Below, in pieces: positions 40,724 through 51,154 of a stretch of DNA of 64,000 nucleotides. The DNA is taken from NCBI GenBank assembly GCA_963674755.2, contig CAXXVS010000002.1, positions 640,001 through 704,000 of the forward strand, written 5' to 3'. This DNA comes from Desulfobacterales bacterium (GTDB lineage Bacteria; Desulfobacterota; Desulfobacteria; Desulfobacterales; UBA5852). A program made the position numbers and the translations under genes. Below the pieces are notes generated by a model, which saw only the letters and a list, made by a program, of their open reading frames with translations, did no database searches and was not told the DNA's origin. Within the stretch, counting starts at the first letter, position 1, and each line of letters begins with the position of its first letter.

Positions 40724-41689
40724 TTAGCGCCGGTCCAGGTTGCGGGCATAGCCGGTTTCAGGGTTGGCCAGGATGGCCTCGAGCCCATCGGGAGCGGCCC
40801 GTTCGAGAAAGGCGGCGTGATCCGCCGTGCCCCGGATGTGGCTTTCGACATAATCCGCATAGGCGGCATCCTCGGCCGACAATTCGGCATAGTGTTTGAG
40901 AAAAACCGGATCGTAGTCGTAATGGCCGTAGCAGGCCGTGGGATAGGCTCCGTAGGGCACCGGCACCACGGCATCCACGATAAAGGGCGGGATGCAGTTC
41001 AAATCGGCGTTTTCGCGCAGGACTTCGGATGCCACGAGTTCCTCGCAGGTGATGATCACGTGGGCCGAAGCCTTGGCCTGCTCCACGTCCACGAAGGGCA
41101 GTCCTCGTATCCGGGCGGTTCCCTGGCGGTCGGCCTGCTGGACGTGGATGATGGCCACATCCGTGTGGATGGCCGGCACCAGCACCACCTTCCGGACATC
41201 GGTGTGGCCGGTGAAGGGGTTGTCCATGACGCACAATTTCTGGTCCGGGACCCGGGGCTCGGATTGGCGGTATTCCGGCGGGAAACCCCACTTGGCCACG
41301 ATGTCGCTGCCCAGTCCGGAGCGGGTCGGCAGGAAGGGGACGCCCATGGCGCCGGCCAGGAAGCGCAGGGACATCTGGTAGTTGGAATAGTCTTCCACCG
41401 CCAGGGTTCCCGCCTGAACCGCCTTCCGGAAGCGAAGACAGGTGGAGGCGAAACGGCCACTGCCGCCGTAGGCGATCTCCAGTCTTTGGACGCAGCCGCC
41501 CCCGATCAGCTCATCCACCCCCTGGCCGTTGGAATGGGCATAGAGATGAAGGCCTTGGCGGCCCTGGCGGATGATTTCGTAGACGGCGGCCATGGGGTTG
41601 CGGTTGATGGTGAAGCCGCCGATGGAGATGTGGCTGCCGTCCGTGACAAAGCGTTGGACAGCCTCCCTGAGGGACATGGTTTTGTCCAT
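40724..41689 (-). CDS. Family I CoA-transferase alpha subunit
   Basis: IGGF...RNPM, AGAMGVPFLP, GSD, IHVQQAD, GAYPTAC. Confidence 0.88.
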   Translation of the reverse strand: MDKTMSLREAVQRFVTDGSHISIGGFTINRNPMAAVYEIIRQGRQGLHLYAHSNGQGVDELIGGGCVQRLEIAYGGSGRFASTCLRFRKAVQAGTLAVEDYSNYQMSLRFLAGAMGVPFLPTRSGLGSDIVAKWGFPPEYRQSEPRVPDQKLCVMDNPFTGHTDVRKVVLVPAIHTDVAIIHVQQADRQGTARIRGLPFVDVEQAKASAHVIITCEELVASEVLRENADLNCIPPFIVDAVVPVPYGAYPTACYGHYDYDPVFLKHYAELSAEDAAYADYVESHIRGTADHAAFLERAAPDGLEAILANPETGYARNLDRR

Positions 41690-41876
41690 GGATGAGCGCC
41701 TCGCGTGCAAGTAATCCGCGCACCCTACCACTGCCGGCGCGCGGACTCAAGCGCGTTCAGCAATCAGGGCTGGTTGGAGACGTCCCTCTGGACGGCAGCG
41801 ACGTGACCGTCGATGCCGTTTTATGCCTTAAGTGAAGGGGATGGGCACGGATTGAAGCTTTAAAGGAAGGAACACC

Positions 41877-42017
41877 ATGGACATCAACCTGCCCGCCGAC
41901 TTCCCGGCCAAATATCACAAGGCCGTCCTTCGCGCCGCCGGCATGTGCACGGTCAAGCGCCACCTCGAAAACCCGCGCGCTTTCGATCTCAGGATCCGCA
42001 ACGGCCATCCGGATTAA
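41877..42017 (+). pseudogene. C-terminal fragment of an OsmC-family protein (46 aa)
   Basis: MDINLPADFPAKYHKAVLRAAGMCTVKRHLENP resembles the OsmC C-terminus; AAGGAAGG RBS. Confidence 0.6.
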
Positions 42018-42169
42018 CGCTTTCGATATAGCCCAAGCGCAAAAAGATGATCTTCCTTGCCGCAATATCAATCGGGGTGCGCGCTTCTATGGCGCCTGGC
42101 AGCGGGTCAACCATAAAATCCGGGAAACGGGCATCGAAGGGTCCACAGGAAGAGCACAATTCGCCCCCG

Positions 42170-45100
42170 CTATGTCTGAGTCGGAGGATTCTCGGGCCGG
42201 CCTTCCCATTTGATGATTTTCAGGTCCATCACAAAGATGGCATAGAGCACCGGCACCAACAGCAACTCGATAAAGGTGGCCAGGGACAGCCCGCCGATTT
42301 GGGCATAGCACAACGGCTGCCACAGCGGACCGCCGTGGATGGCCAGGGGGATCAGGGCCAGTACCGTGGCCCCCACCGTGATCATGATAGGCCGCAGGCG
42401 GATGATGCCGGCTTCCAGCAGGGATTCGCGCAGGGGCTCGCCTTCCTCGCTTTTTTGCTCGATGAAATCGAACAGCACGATCACGTGGCTCACGATCACG
42501 CCCACCAGACTGGCGATGCCCAGGAAGGCCATGAAGCCGAAAGGTTCGTTCATGAAGTCCAGGGCGGTCAGGGCGCCCACTGCGCCGTAAGGCACCGCGG
42601 CGAACACCAGAAGCGGCTTGACCGCGTTGTTGAATTGGATCACCAGGGCCAGGAAGATGAGGCCCATTGAAATGGCGAGCACGATAGAGAGGTTTCGGAA
42701 GCCCTTGGTCTGCTTGGCCTGCTCGCCGCCGATCACCATCTTGTAGCCGGGCGGCAGGGCCTTCTCAAATGCTTCCAGCTTGGGCAGGGCTGCCGCCATC
42801 ACCTCGGAGGCCAAGGCGCCGGGCACCGGGTAGCCCAGTACCTTCATGGTCCGGAAATGCTCCAGCCGGTTGATCCGGCCGGTTTGCATTTGATGGGCGA
42901 TTTGGGAGATGTCCAGCAGGGGCACCTTCTGGGTGCCTTGCGAGGAATAGATATACAGGTTGCGGATGCTGGAGAGGCGGGCCCTTTCTTCAGGCAGGAG
43001 GCGCACCAGCACGGGGATCTGCTTGTCCCCCTCAAGCAGGGTGGTCACCTGGATGCCGTTCATGGCGGCGGTGGAGGAGGCCGCCACGTCCTGGTTGGTG
43101 ACACCGGCCTGGTTGGCCCGGTCGGGATCGACCAGCAGCTTGACCTCAAAGCTCGCGGGACCCCAATCTTCGTGTATCCGGGCAGCCTGGGGCACGGCCT
43201 TGAGAATGTCGACGACCTGGCTGGCCAGGCGCCGCAGGGTCCTGATCTCTTCTTTACTCATCTGGGAGCTGATTTCCGAGCGGCCCGAAAGACGGATCTC
43301 GATGGGCACTTCCACCGGGTTGGTCTGCAACTGCCGCACGTTTATCCGGGCCCCGGCGATTTCGGCCGAAAGCCTTTTTTGCAAGGGCGCCACCAGAAGC
43401 GGGGTCTCCTCCTTTTCCTGCACCTCCACGATGAGTTGGGCGTAATTGATCTGGTGCAGCTGCGGCGTGAGCGAGAACCAGAAACGCGGGCTGCCGCCGC
43501 CCACAAACGTGGTTATGGATTTCAGTATCTGACGCGGCTGGCCCTTGCGGTCCGGATGCGCCCTGCCGTAGCGCGCGATCTCATCCTCCACCAGGGCGGC
43601 GGCCCTTTGGGCGGTCCGATCGCTGGAAGACAGGGGCGCGTTATTGGGCAGCCACACGTCGATGTAAAAGAGATATTGGATGTCGTCCGGGAAAAAGGCC
43701 ACTTTGAGCTGCCTGGCCTCCCAGACGCCGAAGATCAGAAAGGCCAGCGAGCAGACGAACACCATCCAGCGGTGCTTGATGGCGGCGGCGCCCACCCGGT
43801 AGTAAACGCCGCTGAAGCCTTTTCGGGTGCGCTCTTCAATGGAAGGCTCCGGTTTTTGGGATGGACGCAGGACGTAATAGCCCAGCAGCGGCAGGAAGGT
43901 CATGGAGACCAGGCGCGAGGCGATCAGGGTGCACGCCATGACAATGGGCAGGCTGTGAAGGAAAGTGCCTGTATTGCCTTGCAGGAGCAGAAAGGGCAGA
44001 TAGGCCACGATGTTGGTGATCGTGGCGAACATGATGGCCTTGGCCAGTTTGGTGGGCCCCAGCCAGGAGGCGAGAGACGGCGGGTGGCCGGCGGCCAAGT
44101 CCCGCTTGATGGCGTCGCCGGCCACAATCGGATCGTCCACCAATAAGCCCAAAGCGATGATAAGGGTGGCGATGGAGACCTGCTGGAGATCGATGCCCAG
44201 CATGTAGATCATGGCAAAGGTCATGGCCAGGGTGATGGGGATGCATGCCGCCATGAGCAGAGCCGAGCGCCACTCCCAAAAGCCGAGCAACGCCACGATC
44301 ACCACCAGAATGATGGCCTCATACAGGGCGGTCATGAACAGGTCGATGTTTTCCCTGACCTGTTGCGGCTGATTGGAGGTCTTGGCGATGATCAGATCAT
44401 CGGGCAGGCGCTGCTTCAGTTGGTTCAAGGCCCGGTCGATGGCCTTCCCGAACTGGTTGATCTGTTCATTCTTGTGCATCTGGATGGCCAGGGTGATGGC
44501 CCGGGTGCGGATCCAGTTGCCGCTGGGGTCTTTCCTGGAGAAATAGTTCAGAAAGCGGGGCGGGCTCTGGTAGGAAGCGTAAATGTCCACCAGGTCGCGT
44601 AAATAAACCGGGATGCCGCTGGAGGTGGCGGTGATGATCACATCACCGATTTCCCGGGCGTTTTTGAACTGACCCGAGGGATCGATGGTGATATCGGTGT
44701 CATCGATTTGAAGCACCCCGCCGGGCAGCGTAATGTTGCGCGCGTTCAGGATGCTCTTGATCTTGTCGGGCTGCACCCCGTAAGACGCCAGCTTCTCCTG
44801 GGAATAGGCCAGATAGACCTGCTGGGGCAGTACCCCTGAGCGGTCCACTTTGGCGACCTGGGGTACGCCCTGCACGGTACGCTCGATCAGGTCGGTGATA
44901 TCATCCAGTTCCTGATAGGTGTATTTATCCCCGGCAATTTGAGTGAGCCTGGTCGCGGTTGTGCTTAGGTCTCTTATCGCGATGGACGGCCAGGCATCGG
45001 GGTGAATCCCGGACAGGCCCAGCCGGTCCCGGGCATACTTGTCCGCAAAAGCCAGCACGGCCTGCTCGCCGGCCCGGGTTTCCATATCCAGCCCCACGAA

Positions 45101-45826
45101 GCCAGGCCCTTGAATGGGGCGGACATCGCGGCCGATGCCTTTCGCCCTGAGGCCCCCCGCCAGCAGATCCCGCAACTTGAGCGGAATGGTGGGATCGACC
45201 GCGCGCGCCAAAGGCGTCACCACGGCCATGCGCGAATTCAAGCGTCCGGCCGGAATCCCTGTGCGGATCGCTTCGATGGCCCTGTTGATATCACGGGCCC
45301 GTAGGGCGATCTCCACCGGGCCTTCTTTCGGACTGGCCACAGTGAGCATCAGGGCGGCGGTTTCGCCGAATCCGCTGTTGAACTGGATGGGGCCGGCCCC
45401 TTGGGGCAGGTTGGCATTAAGGGCGTTCAATTTGAGGTTGATGTCATTGAACGCTATTTCCGTCTCCGTGACATCATCGCCCAGCTGAATCTGAAGTACA
45501 GCCAGACCGGGCAGGGTGAAAGACTTGATACCGTATGTGTCGGCGGCGGGTTTGTGGATGGCCGAACTGGTGGCGACGGTGGCCTCCACCGGCCGGGTGA
45601 CCAGTTGCTCCACTTTTTCAGCGCTGACCCCGGGCCAGGGGATAACCGCGGTGGCAACCTTCACGGGTATGACGGGATCCTTCAGTTTGGGGATGTGGGC
45701 ATAGCCGTAAAACCCGGCCAGGAACACGGCCAGCAACAAAACACAGGAGACGTGCCGGTTCACGGTGAAGAACCGGGCGGCATTGTGCTTTTCCTGAATC
45801 AGTTCGGCTTCGCTTCGGTATGCCAC
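42170..45826 (-). CDS. RND efflux permease (AcrB/AcrD/AcrF family), unusually long
   Basis: WPGVSAEKVEQLVT, ALGLLVDD, two TM bundles, RLRPIMIT, PVLY; GTG start at 45826 inferred. Confidence 0.9.
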   Translation of the reverse strand: MAYRSEAELIQEKHNAARFFTVNRHVSCVLLLAVFLAGFYGYAHIPKLKDPVIPVKVATAVIPWPGVSAEKVEQLVTRPVEATVATSSAIHKPAADTYGIKSFTLPGLAVLQIQLGDDVTETEIAFNDINLKLNALNANLPQGAGPIQFNSGFGETAALMLTVASPKEGPVEIALRARDINRAIEAIRTGIPAGRLNSRMAVVTPLARAVDPTIPLKLRDLLAGGLRAKGIGRDVRPIQGPGFVGLDMETRAGEQAVLAFADKYARDRLGLSGIHPDAWPSIAIRDLSTTATRLTQIAGDKYTYQELDDITDLIERTVQGVPQVAKVDRSGVLPQQVYLAYSQEKLASYGVQPDKIKSILNARNITLPGGVLQIDDTDITIDPSGQFKNAREIGDVIITATSSGIPVYLRDLVDIYASYQSPPRFLNYFSRKDPSGNWIRTRAITLAIQMHKNEQINQFGKAIDRALNQLKQRLPDDLIIAKTSNQPQQVRENIDLFMTALYEAIILVVIVALLGFWEWRSALLMAACIPITLAMTFAMIYMLGIDLQQVSIATLIIALGLLVDDPIVAGDAIKRDLAAGHPPSLASWLGPTKLAKAIMFATITNIVAYLPFLLLQGNTGTFLHSLPIVMACTLIASRLVSMTFLPLLGYYVLRPSQKPEPSIEERTRKGFSGVYYRVGAAAIKHRWMVFVCSLAFLIFGVWEARQLKVAFFPDDIQYLFYIDVWLPNNAPLSSSDRTAQRAAALVEDEIARYGRAHPDRKGQPRQILKSITTFVGGGSPRFWFSLTPQLHQINYAQLIVEVQEKEETPLLVAPLQKRLSAEIAGARINVRQLQTNPVEVPIEIRLSGRSEISSQMSKEEIRTLRRLASQVVDILKAVPQAARIHEDWGPASFEVKLLVDPDRANQAGVTNQDVAASSTAAMNGIQVTTLLEGDKQIPVLVRLLPEERARLSSIRNLYIYSSQGTQKVPLLDISQIAHQMQTGRINRLEHFRTMKVLGYPVPGALASEVMAAALPKLEAFEKALPPGYKMVIGGEQAKQTKGFRNLSIVLAISMGLIFLALVIQFNNAVKPLLVFAAVPYGAVGALTALDFMNEPFGFMAFLGIASLVGVIVSHVIVLFDFIEQKSEEGEPLRESLLEAGIIRLRPIMITVGATVLALIPLAIHGGPLWQPLCYAQIGGLSLATFIELLLVPVLYAIFVMDLKIIKWEGRPENPPTQT

Positions 45827-45842
45827 CTTACCATCCCGGCGC

Positions 45843-46967
45843 CTATGGAATGACGCGCACCTTTTCACCGTCGGCGACCATGCTGGCGCCTGTCACAATA
45901 ACGCGCTCACCAAGGGCTACCCCATGGGTGACCGCGATCATATTGCCGGCCACTTGGCCCAGGCCCACGTCCCGGAGCCGCGCCACCTGGTTCCCTCCCT
46001 GATCCTGCACGACATAGACGGCATAGCCGTCGGGATCGCTTTGGGAACTCACCACCGCGGCGATGGGTATCATCATGAGGGCGGGCAGGGGCGCCCGCGA
46101 GCCTAAATCCAGAGAAGCGATCATACCGGGCTTGAGCCGGTTCTGCGGATTGGGGATGGTGAGTTCCACCTCGAAAACCCGCACCTGGGTGTTGGCCGCC
46201 GGGGAGATCGCCGTGATTTTGCCCTCGAAAGGGGTGTTGGGAATGGACTCGGTGACCACGGCCAATGGTTCGCCCATTTTCAGATCTTTGAGGATGAGGC
46301 CCGGCACACCGAACACGGCCTTCACCGAAGTCACATCGGAGAGCACAAAACCCACCGCCCCGATGCCCACCAGATCGCCTACTTCGATGTTGCGCTGCAG
46401 GATGACGCCCGGGCCGGGGGCTTTCAAGTCGCAATACCCCAGGTTGATGTTGGCGTCCTTGAGCTGGGCTCGGGCGCCATCCACCTGGGCCTGGGCCACC
46501 CCCAGCTCCTGCACGGCGGAATCATAGTCCGGCTTGGTGAGGCTCTGACTGGCGTAAAGGGCTTCAGCCCGGGCGAAGTCTTGCTGAGCTTTTTTAAGCG
46601 ATGCCAGGGCGGAGGCCAGCTGGGCCTGGGCCTCCCGCACTTTCTGCTGGTAGGTGCCGGGGTCCACCCTGGCCAGCACGGTGTTCGGGCTTACCTCGTC
46701 GCCCTGTTGCAGGTTCCGCCGACGGCCGTCCGCGCCCTTTTTCTGCTGAATGCTTTTGATGTAGCCGCCTGCTTGAAAGGCCAGGTTGACCTGGCTGTAA
46801 GGGGCTATGTTGGCCGAGTAGCGCAGTGCGTCTTTCAGGGAACGTTCGGTCACCGTAGCGACCCGCACGGGGCGCAAGGGGATTTCATAGCTCTCCTGGC
46901 GCTCGCAGCCTGCTAGGAGCAGCACGCCGATCAACAGCGCGCTTGACAGTATGGTGATGGCCCTCAT
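45843..46967 (-). CDS. RND periplasmic adaptor (membrane fusion lipoprotein)
   Basis: Lipobox LLAGC, LAFQAGGYI, coiled-coil hairpin, LKPGM, G.RVIV.G. Confidence 0.9.
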   Translation of the reverse strand: MRAITILSSALLIGVLLLAGCERQESYEIPLRPVRVATVTERSLKDALRYSANIAPYSQVNLAFQAGGYIKSIQQKKGADGRRRNLQQGDEVSPNTVLARVDPGTYQQKVREAQAQLASALASLKKAQQDFARAEALYASQSLTKPDYDSAVQELGVAQAQVDGARAQLKDANINLGYCDLKAPGPGVILQRNIEVGDLVGIGAVGFVLSDVTSVKAVFGVPGLILKDLKMGEPLAVVTESIPNTPFEGKITAISPAANTQVRVFEVELTIPNPQNRLKPGMIASLDLGSRAPLPALMMIPIAAVVSSQSDPDGYAVYVVQDQGGNQVARLRDVGLGQVAGNMIAVTHGVALGERVIVTGASMVADGEKVRVIP

Positions 46968-48308
46968 TTACGCCTCTCCCAACGCGTTTTCGAAGGCCGC
47001 CTTGGTTTTCCAAAACCCCAGCAGGGCGTCCTCATATTGCCGGTTGGCCTCCATCACATCGGTTTCCGCCTGCAAGAGGTTTTCCAAAAGAACCGTCTTC
47101 TGCCCGAACTGCTGCAGGGCGATCCGCAGCTTTTCACGGGCCGTCGCCCTGGACAAGGCGGCCACTTTCAAGCGGGCCCTGGCCTCATTCAACTTGCGGC
47201 CGATCTTGTTGACCTGGAGGATCACATGGTCCTGGGTCTCCTTGACATTGTTCTTAGCCGTTTGGATATCCCTGCTTCGGGCGGCCAGCTCACTTTGCTT
47301 GCGTCCCCAGTCGTAAAATTCCCATCGCAGCAAGAGGCCTATTGTGGCCACGTCATTGGGTAGCAACTCCACGTTGTACAGCTTGTCGTAGTTGGCTTTG
47401 AACCACAGGTCGGGGATGTATTCGGATTTTTTGATGCGGCGGTTGTGCTCGGCATAACGCAGCTTGAGTTGACTCTCCTTTATCTCCGGACGCTGCGCCA
47501 AAGCCAGGGCCTGGGCTGCCTCCAGATCGACCTCATAGTCGGTGCGGGGCGGTACCTGGATCACGTTGAAGGGGGTGGTAATGTCGCGCCCCATCAGGTT
47601 GTTGAGCTGCTCCTTGACATCGGCCAGATCGTTTTTGTGGGTCAGCGCCTGAAGTTCAGCCTTGGCCAGGCGGGTTTTCACTTCCAGTTGCTCCGATTTA
47701 AGCACGGTCTGCTCCTGAAGGTAGCGCTCCGTCAGTGCATCCAACTCGCGGTAGAAGATGATGGACTCTTCGATGGCCGCCAGCGCGCTTTGCTTTTGCA
47801 GCACTTGATAGTAGGCGTCTTTAACCTCCTTGGCGACGGATTGCTGCTTGGCCCGTAATTCCTCCGCGGCCATTTCTTTTTTTATACGGCGCTGCTCCAC
47901 CGAAAGGTCGATGCGGTAGAGTTGCGAAAGCGGCTGGCTCAGGGTGGCTGAAAGCGCCGTGGTGAAACCGATTTGGGTATCGACCTCGACATTTTCCGGC
48001 GGTACCGGGCCGATTTCCTTATAGGTGCCCCAGGTGCCTCTGCTGAATTCGTAGGATTGCCGGGTGAGATTATAGGATTCCAAGCCGTTGAAATGGAGAG
48101 AGGGGAAGAATCTGGTGGTTGCCGCATCGATGGCGTCGGCGGCTTTTTGCACCTCCAATCCGGCGTTTTGCACCCCGAGATTGTTTTGATAAGCCAGCTC
48201 CAGGGCCTGGTCAAGCGAGAGCATAGCGGCCTGACCGGCATGCGATGCATGGCTGACGGCACAAGAGATCGTCAGCAATAGGAATAAAATGGCCGCCAAT
48301 CGAACCAT
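46968..48308 (-). CDS. TolC-family outer membrane efflux protein
   Basis: LSLDQALELAYQNN, AYYQVL, RPE, YIP, DWG, LENLLQAE; AGGAGG RBS before ATG 48308. Confidence 0.88.
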   Translation of the reverse strand: MVRLAAILFLLLTISCAVSHASHAGQAAMLSLDQALELAYQNNLGVQNAGLEVQKAADAIDAATTRFFPSLHFNGLESYNLTRQSYEFSRGTWGTYKEIGPVPPENVEVDTQIGFTTALSATLSQPLSQLYRIDLSVEQRRIKKEMAAEELRAKQQSVAKEVKDAYYQVLQKQSALAAIEESIIFYRELDALTERYLQEQTVLKSEQLEVKTRLAKAELQALTHKNDLADVKEQLNNLMGRDITTPFNVIQVPPRTDYEVDLEAAQALALAQRPEIKESQLKLRYAEHNRRIKKSEYIPDLWFKANYDKLYNVELLPNDVATIGLLLRWEFYDWGRKQSELAARSRDIQTAKNNVKETQDHVILQVNKIGRKLNEARARLKVAALSRATAREKLRIALQQFGQKTVLLENLLQAETDVMEANRQYEDALLGFWKTKAAFENALGEA

Positions 48309-48917
48309 GCCCCCTCCTACGGAACCCGTGCTTTCAGTCATTGCCGCGTGTCGCCGGCATCGCTTGCGGATGCCTCGCGCCGCACCGTTTCCGAGTGCGG
48401 TGTCGAAGATGATTTCTCCTGAATCGGAAAACGGGCAAGGGGGCGCAGGGCTTTGGTGGACCGGCATTGCTGTGGATAACACGGACCGCCGGCATCGCGC
48501 TAAGGCGTGGCAGAAGATGTGGTCGCCCGGTTCCCGTGCGCAAGGTTGGGCTGGATAGTGTGGCGGGAGCGAAAATCGTCTTTCCGGTTTCGCGATCCCA
48601 CCCGAAACCAACCCTTTCCCTCCTTTTCAGTTTCATCGATACCAAAGAAGGGCGATTTGGTAAAGCCTCCGTCTTGCTTACGAGGTCCCGGCGGTCGCAG
48701 ACTGACGCGTTGATATGCGTAAAAGTTGAATTTTAGGGCTGCGCCGCGCATCGCCCGGCGTTTTGCCCGGGACTTGATCGCTTAGAGAAAACGCATCCAT
48801 GCGCGTCACGGACGATACGTCACGACGACATTGGCGATCATTCCCCCCTACAATGTTTTCGCAGTCGGCCTGACAGGTTGGGACTGTTCGGCACCTTGGC
48901 CCGAGGCGATGCGATTT

Positions 48918-49610
48918 CTATGGTTTTTTCATCATGACGTTCGCGATGTAATCATAGAGTTCCTTGACCTTGGCCGGCGGCAGGGAGGATTCCGGAAAGG
49001 CGGGCATGGGGGCCGCCGGATGGTTCAGCCAGAATTGCAGGGTTACCTGATTGGCCAGCAGGGGGGAGTTTAGAAGCGGTTTGCTGGGATCGATCGCGTT
49101 GCCCCCGCTGGGGTGGCAGGCGGCACAGCTCACCGCATAGATATCCTGCCCCGCCCGGTACTGGGGGGGGCCCTCGATCGTATCGCCGCCGAAGGTCAAT
49201 TGACCGCCGAAATATCCCAGAACCACCACCGCCATGACGCACAGCAGATAAAGCGGCATCACCCTTGCCGAAGCCGCGCCGAATTTACGCCCCAGATAGA
49301 TGCTCAGCGCGAGCAGCACCAACAGGACGAAGGCGGTGACCAGTTTGATCTTGATCGGAAGAATCCAGCCCCCGGCGTAAAAATGCTGCCAATCCATCAG
49401 CCCCAGGATTATGGTCGGGAAAAGCCAGATAAATGCCAGGATAAGGCAGCTTTGCGGCACCAGGGCAAGCTTCTGGCGTCGAAAGATGAGCGCAATCGCC
49501 GCAAAAATAAAGGCGCCGACGATCAACCCGATCGGCATGTGCACTTCCGTGGGATGGACGGGATGATGATAGCCGATCTTACTCAAAAGGTCGTAAAAGG
49601 CGTTGATCAT
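48918..49610 (-). CDS. Integral membrane (DUF2231-like) protein fused to a monoheme cytochrome c
   Basis: HPTEVHMPIG, 4 TMs, GYFGGQL, then CAACH...MPAF. Confidence 0.8.
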   Translation of the reverse strand: MINAFYDLLSKIGYHHPVHPTEVHMPIGLIVGAFIFAAIALIFRRQKLALVPQSCLILAFIWLFPTIILGLMDWQHFYAGGWILPIKIKLVTAFVLLVLLALSIYLGRKFGAASARVMPLYLLCVMAVVVLGYFGGQLTFGGDTIEGPPQYRAGQDIYAVSCAACHPSGGNAIDPSKPLLNSPLLANQVTLQFWLNHPAAPMPAFPESSLPPAKVKELYDYIANVMMKKP

Positions 49611-49649
49611 GGTTCCGACTCCTTCAATCTATCGTGCCGATTTCAGTTT

Positions 49650-50483
49650 TCAATAGGCCGAGTGCATGAAACCGCTTTGTTTGTTGACGTTGATTTTGTC
49701 CACCAGAGAATTCTCCCGGGTGACGATCCGAACCTCAAAATAGGTTCCCTTGTCGGTTATCTTGCCCACTTTGAGATTGGGGTTGTGCATGCCCTCCAGG
49801 AAGGCCTGCACCCGCTGCCGGGCGCCATCTTTGTCCAGAGGGGCCGACGGCCGGCCGTGATAGGGGCCGCCGTAACCGGGATATCCTGGCGGAGCGCCGT
49901 AGCCGGGTCCCATCATCCCCGGCCCCATGCCGTAGCCGCCTCCCATCATTCCCGGTCCCATGCCATAGCCGCGTCCCATCATCCCCGGCCCCATGCCATA
50001 GCCGCGCCCCATCATCCCCGGCCCCATACCATAACCGGGCCCCATCATGCCGGGCCCCATACCGTAGCCGGGCGCGCCGTAGCCGGGCGGCGTCTGCGGT
50101 GAACGCGCGCCGCCCTGGGCCCAGCGCGGAAGCTCTTTGTTGAGGTATGCGAACAGATCCTTGGCCTGGCCCTCCGAGACCAGCGACTCGGTGATCGGCG
50201 GCATCGGCCCCATGGATCCGTCGGGCAGGGTGGGATGACGGATAAAAGTGAGAAACGAGGAGAAGTCTTTCAATTGCGGAGACCCCACCAGGGGCATGGC
50301 GGGGTAGAAGCGGTTTGCCCCGTTTGGGTGGCACATGGCGCAACGCGCCGCAAACAGTGCCGCTGCACTATCTGCGGAATCAGGTGTACCGGTGGGGACC
50401 GGTGGGTTGCTGTCGTCGGCCGGGGCGTGCACAGCCAAAACCGCCAGCAATAAGCACAAACTGATGAATATCGTAGGTCTCAT
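49650..50483 (-). CDS. Exported monoheme cytochrome c with Gly/Met-rich repeats and a small C-terminal domain
   Basis: Signal peptide, CAMCH...MPP, (GYGMGPGMMGx)5, C-terminal NPNLKVGKI...I.T.E.SLVDKI.VNK.SG. Confidence 0.8.
   Translation of the reverse strand: MRPTIFISLCLLLAVLAVHAPADDSNPPVPTGTPDSADSAAALFAARCAMCHPNGANRFYPAMPLVGSPQLKDFSSFLTFIRHPTLPDGSMGPMPPITESLVSEGQAKDLFAYLNKELPRWAQGGARSPQTPPGYGAPGYGMGPGMMGPGYGMGPGMMGRGYGMGPGMMGRGYGMGPGMMGGGYGMGPGMMGPGYGAPPGYPGYGGPYHGRPSAPLDKDGARQRVQAFLEGMHNPNLKVGKITDKGTYFEVRIVTRENSLVDKINVNKQSGFMHSAY
49905..50069 (-). repeat. Five 33-bp coding tandem repeats (GYGMGPGMMGx)
   Basis: Directly visible; synonymous variation between units. Confidence 0.9.
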
Positions 50484-50743
50484 CTACTACCTCAGTCAGG
50501 TGGCCGGTTACCAGTATGCCAAATGAAAATGGAATGGATATCGATTTGTGCCCGGGGTCATTTCCGGTTGGCTGGTGTCCGCTTGATAGGAGAGGCGCGC
50601 GTCGGGCATCCAGCCGCGTTGATAGAACTTCACCCGGGGGTGGGTATGGTCTGTGGCCATTCGCCTTGCATTCCGGTCGCCGGCAACGTTTTCCCGGTCC
50701 AGGCAACAAACCCAAAAGTCATTAATTTTATATGCCTACCCGA

Positions 50744-50760
50744 TTGCAAGCCAGGCACCA
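50744..50760 (-). promoter_or_regulatory. Possible sigma54 promoter for the leftward cytochrome genes
   Basis: Minus-strand TGGTGCC-TGGC-TTGCA, GG-N10-GC; imperfect -24 element. Confidence 0.4.
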
Positions 50761-51154
50761 ATGGGGTGTATCATGGGTTTGAGGGGTTGATCCAACGTAT
50801 TTCCGCTGCGCTCCTACGCACCGTCGACCGGACGTGCAGCGCCTGCATCAGCTTTGTATCGGTGCCGGTTGGCAGCCGACGGTTCCTGCGAGCAGAGGCG
50901 CCACCGGCCATTCAACCGGACAAAAACGTTCCGTTTTCCCCCGTGGAATACATATCGCGTGCCGGTCGAATGGGGTGCGCACCGTATAGGCCGATCCGCC
51001 TTTTTCTTCTACAAGGCTCGACATGGAGGAAACATTTGCTCACGGAGCGACGCTCGAATGGGCGCCGTCCATCCTCACCCGTCCAGGGGGGCAGGCGGTC
51101 CCCCAGGCAGCCCATCATAATGCGTTCTTCACCCTATCGAAAGGAAGGATATTC

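Noticed and set aside
49905..50069. Regular 33-bp periodicity suggestive of a CRISPR array
   Set aside because: No unique spacers, in-frame coding repeat, no cas genes
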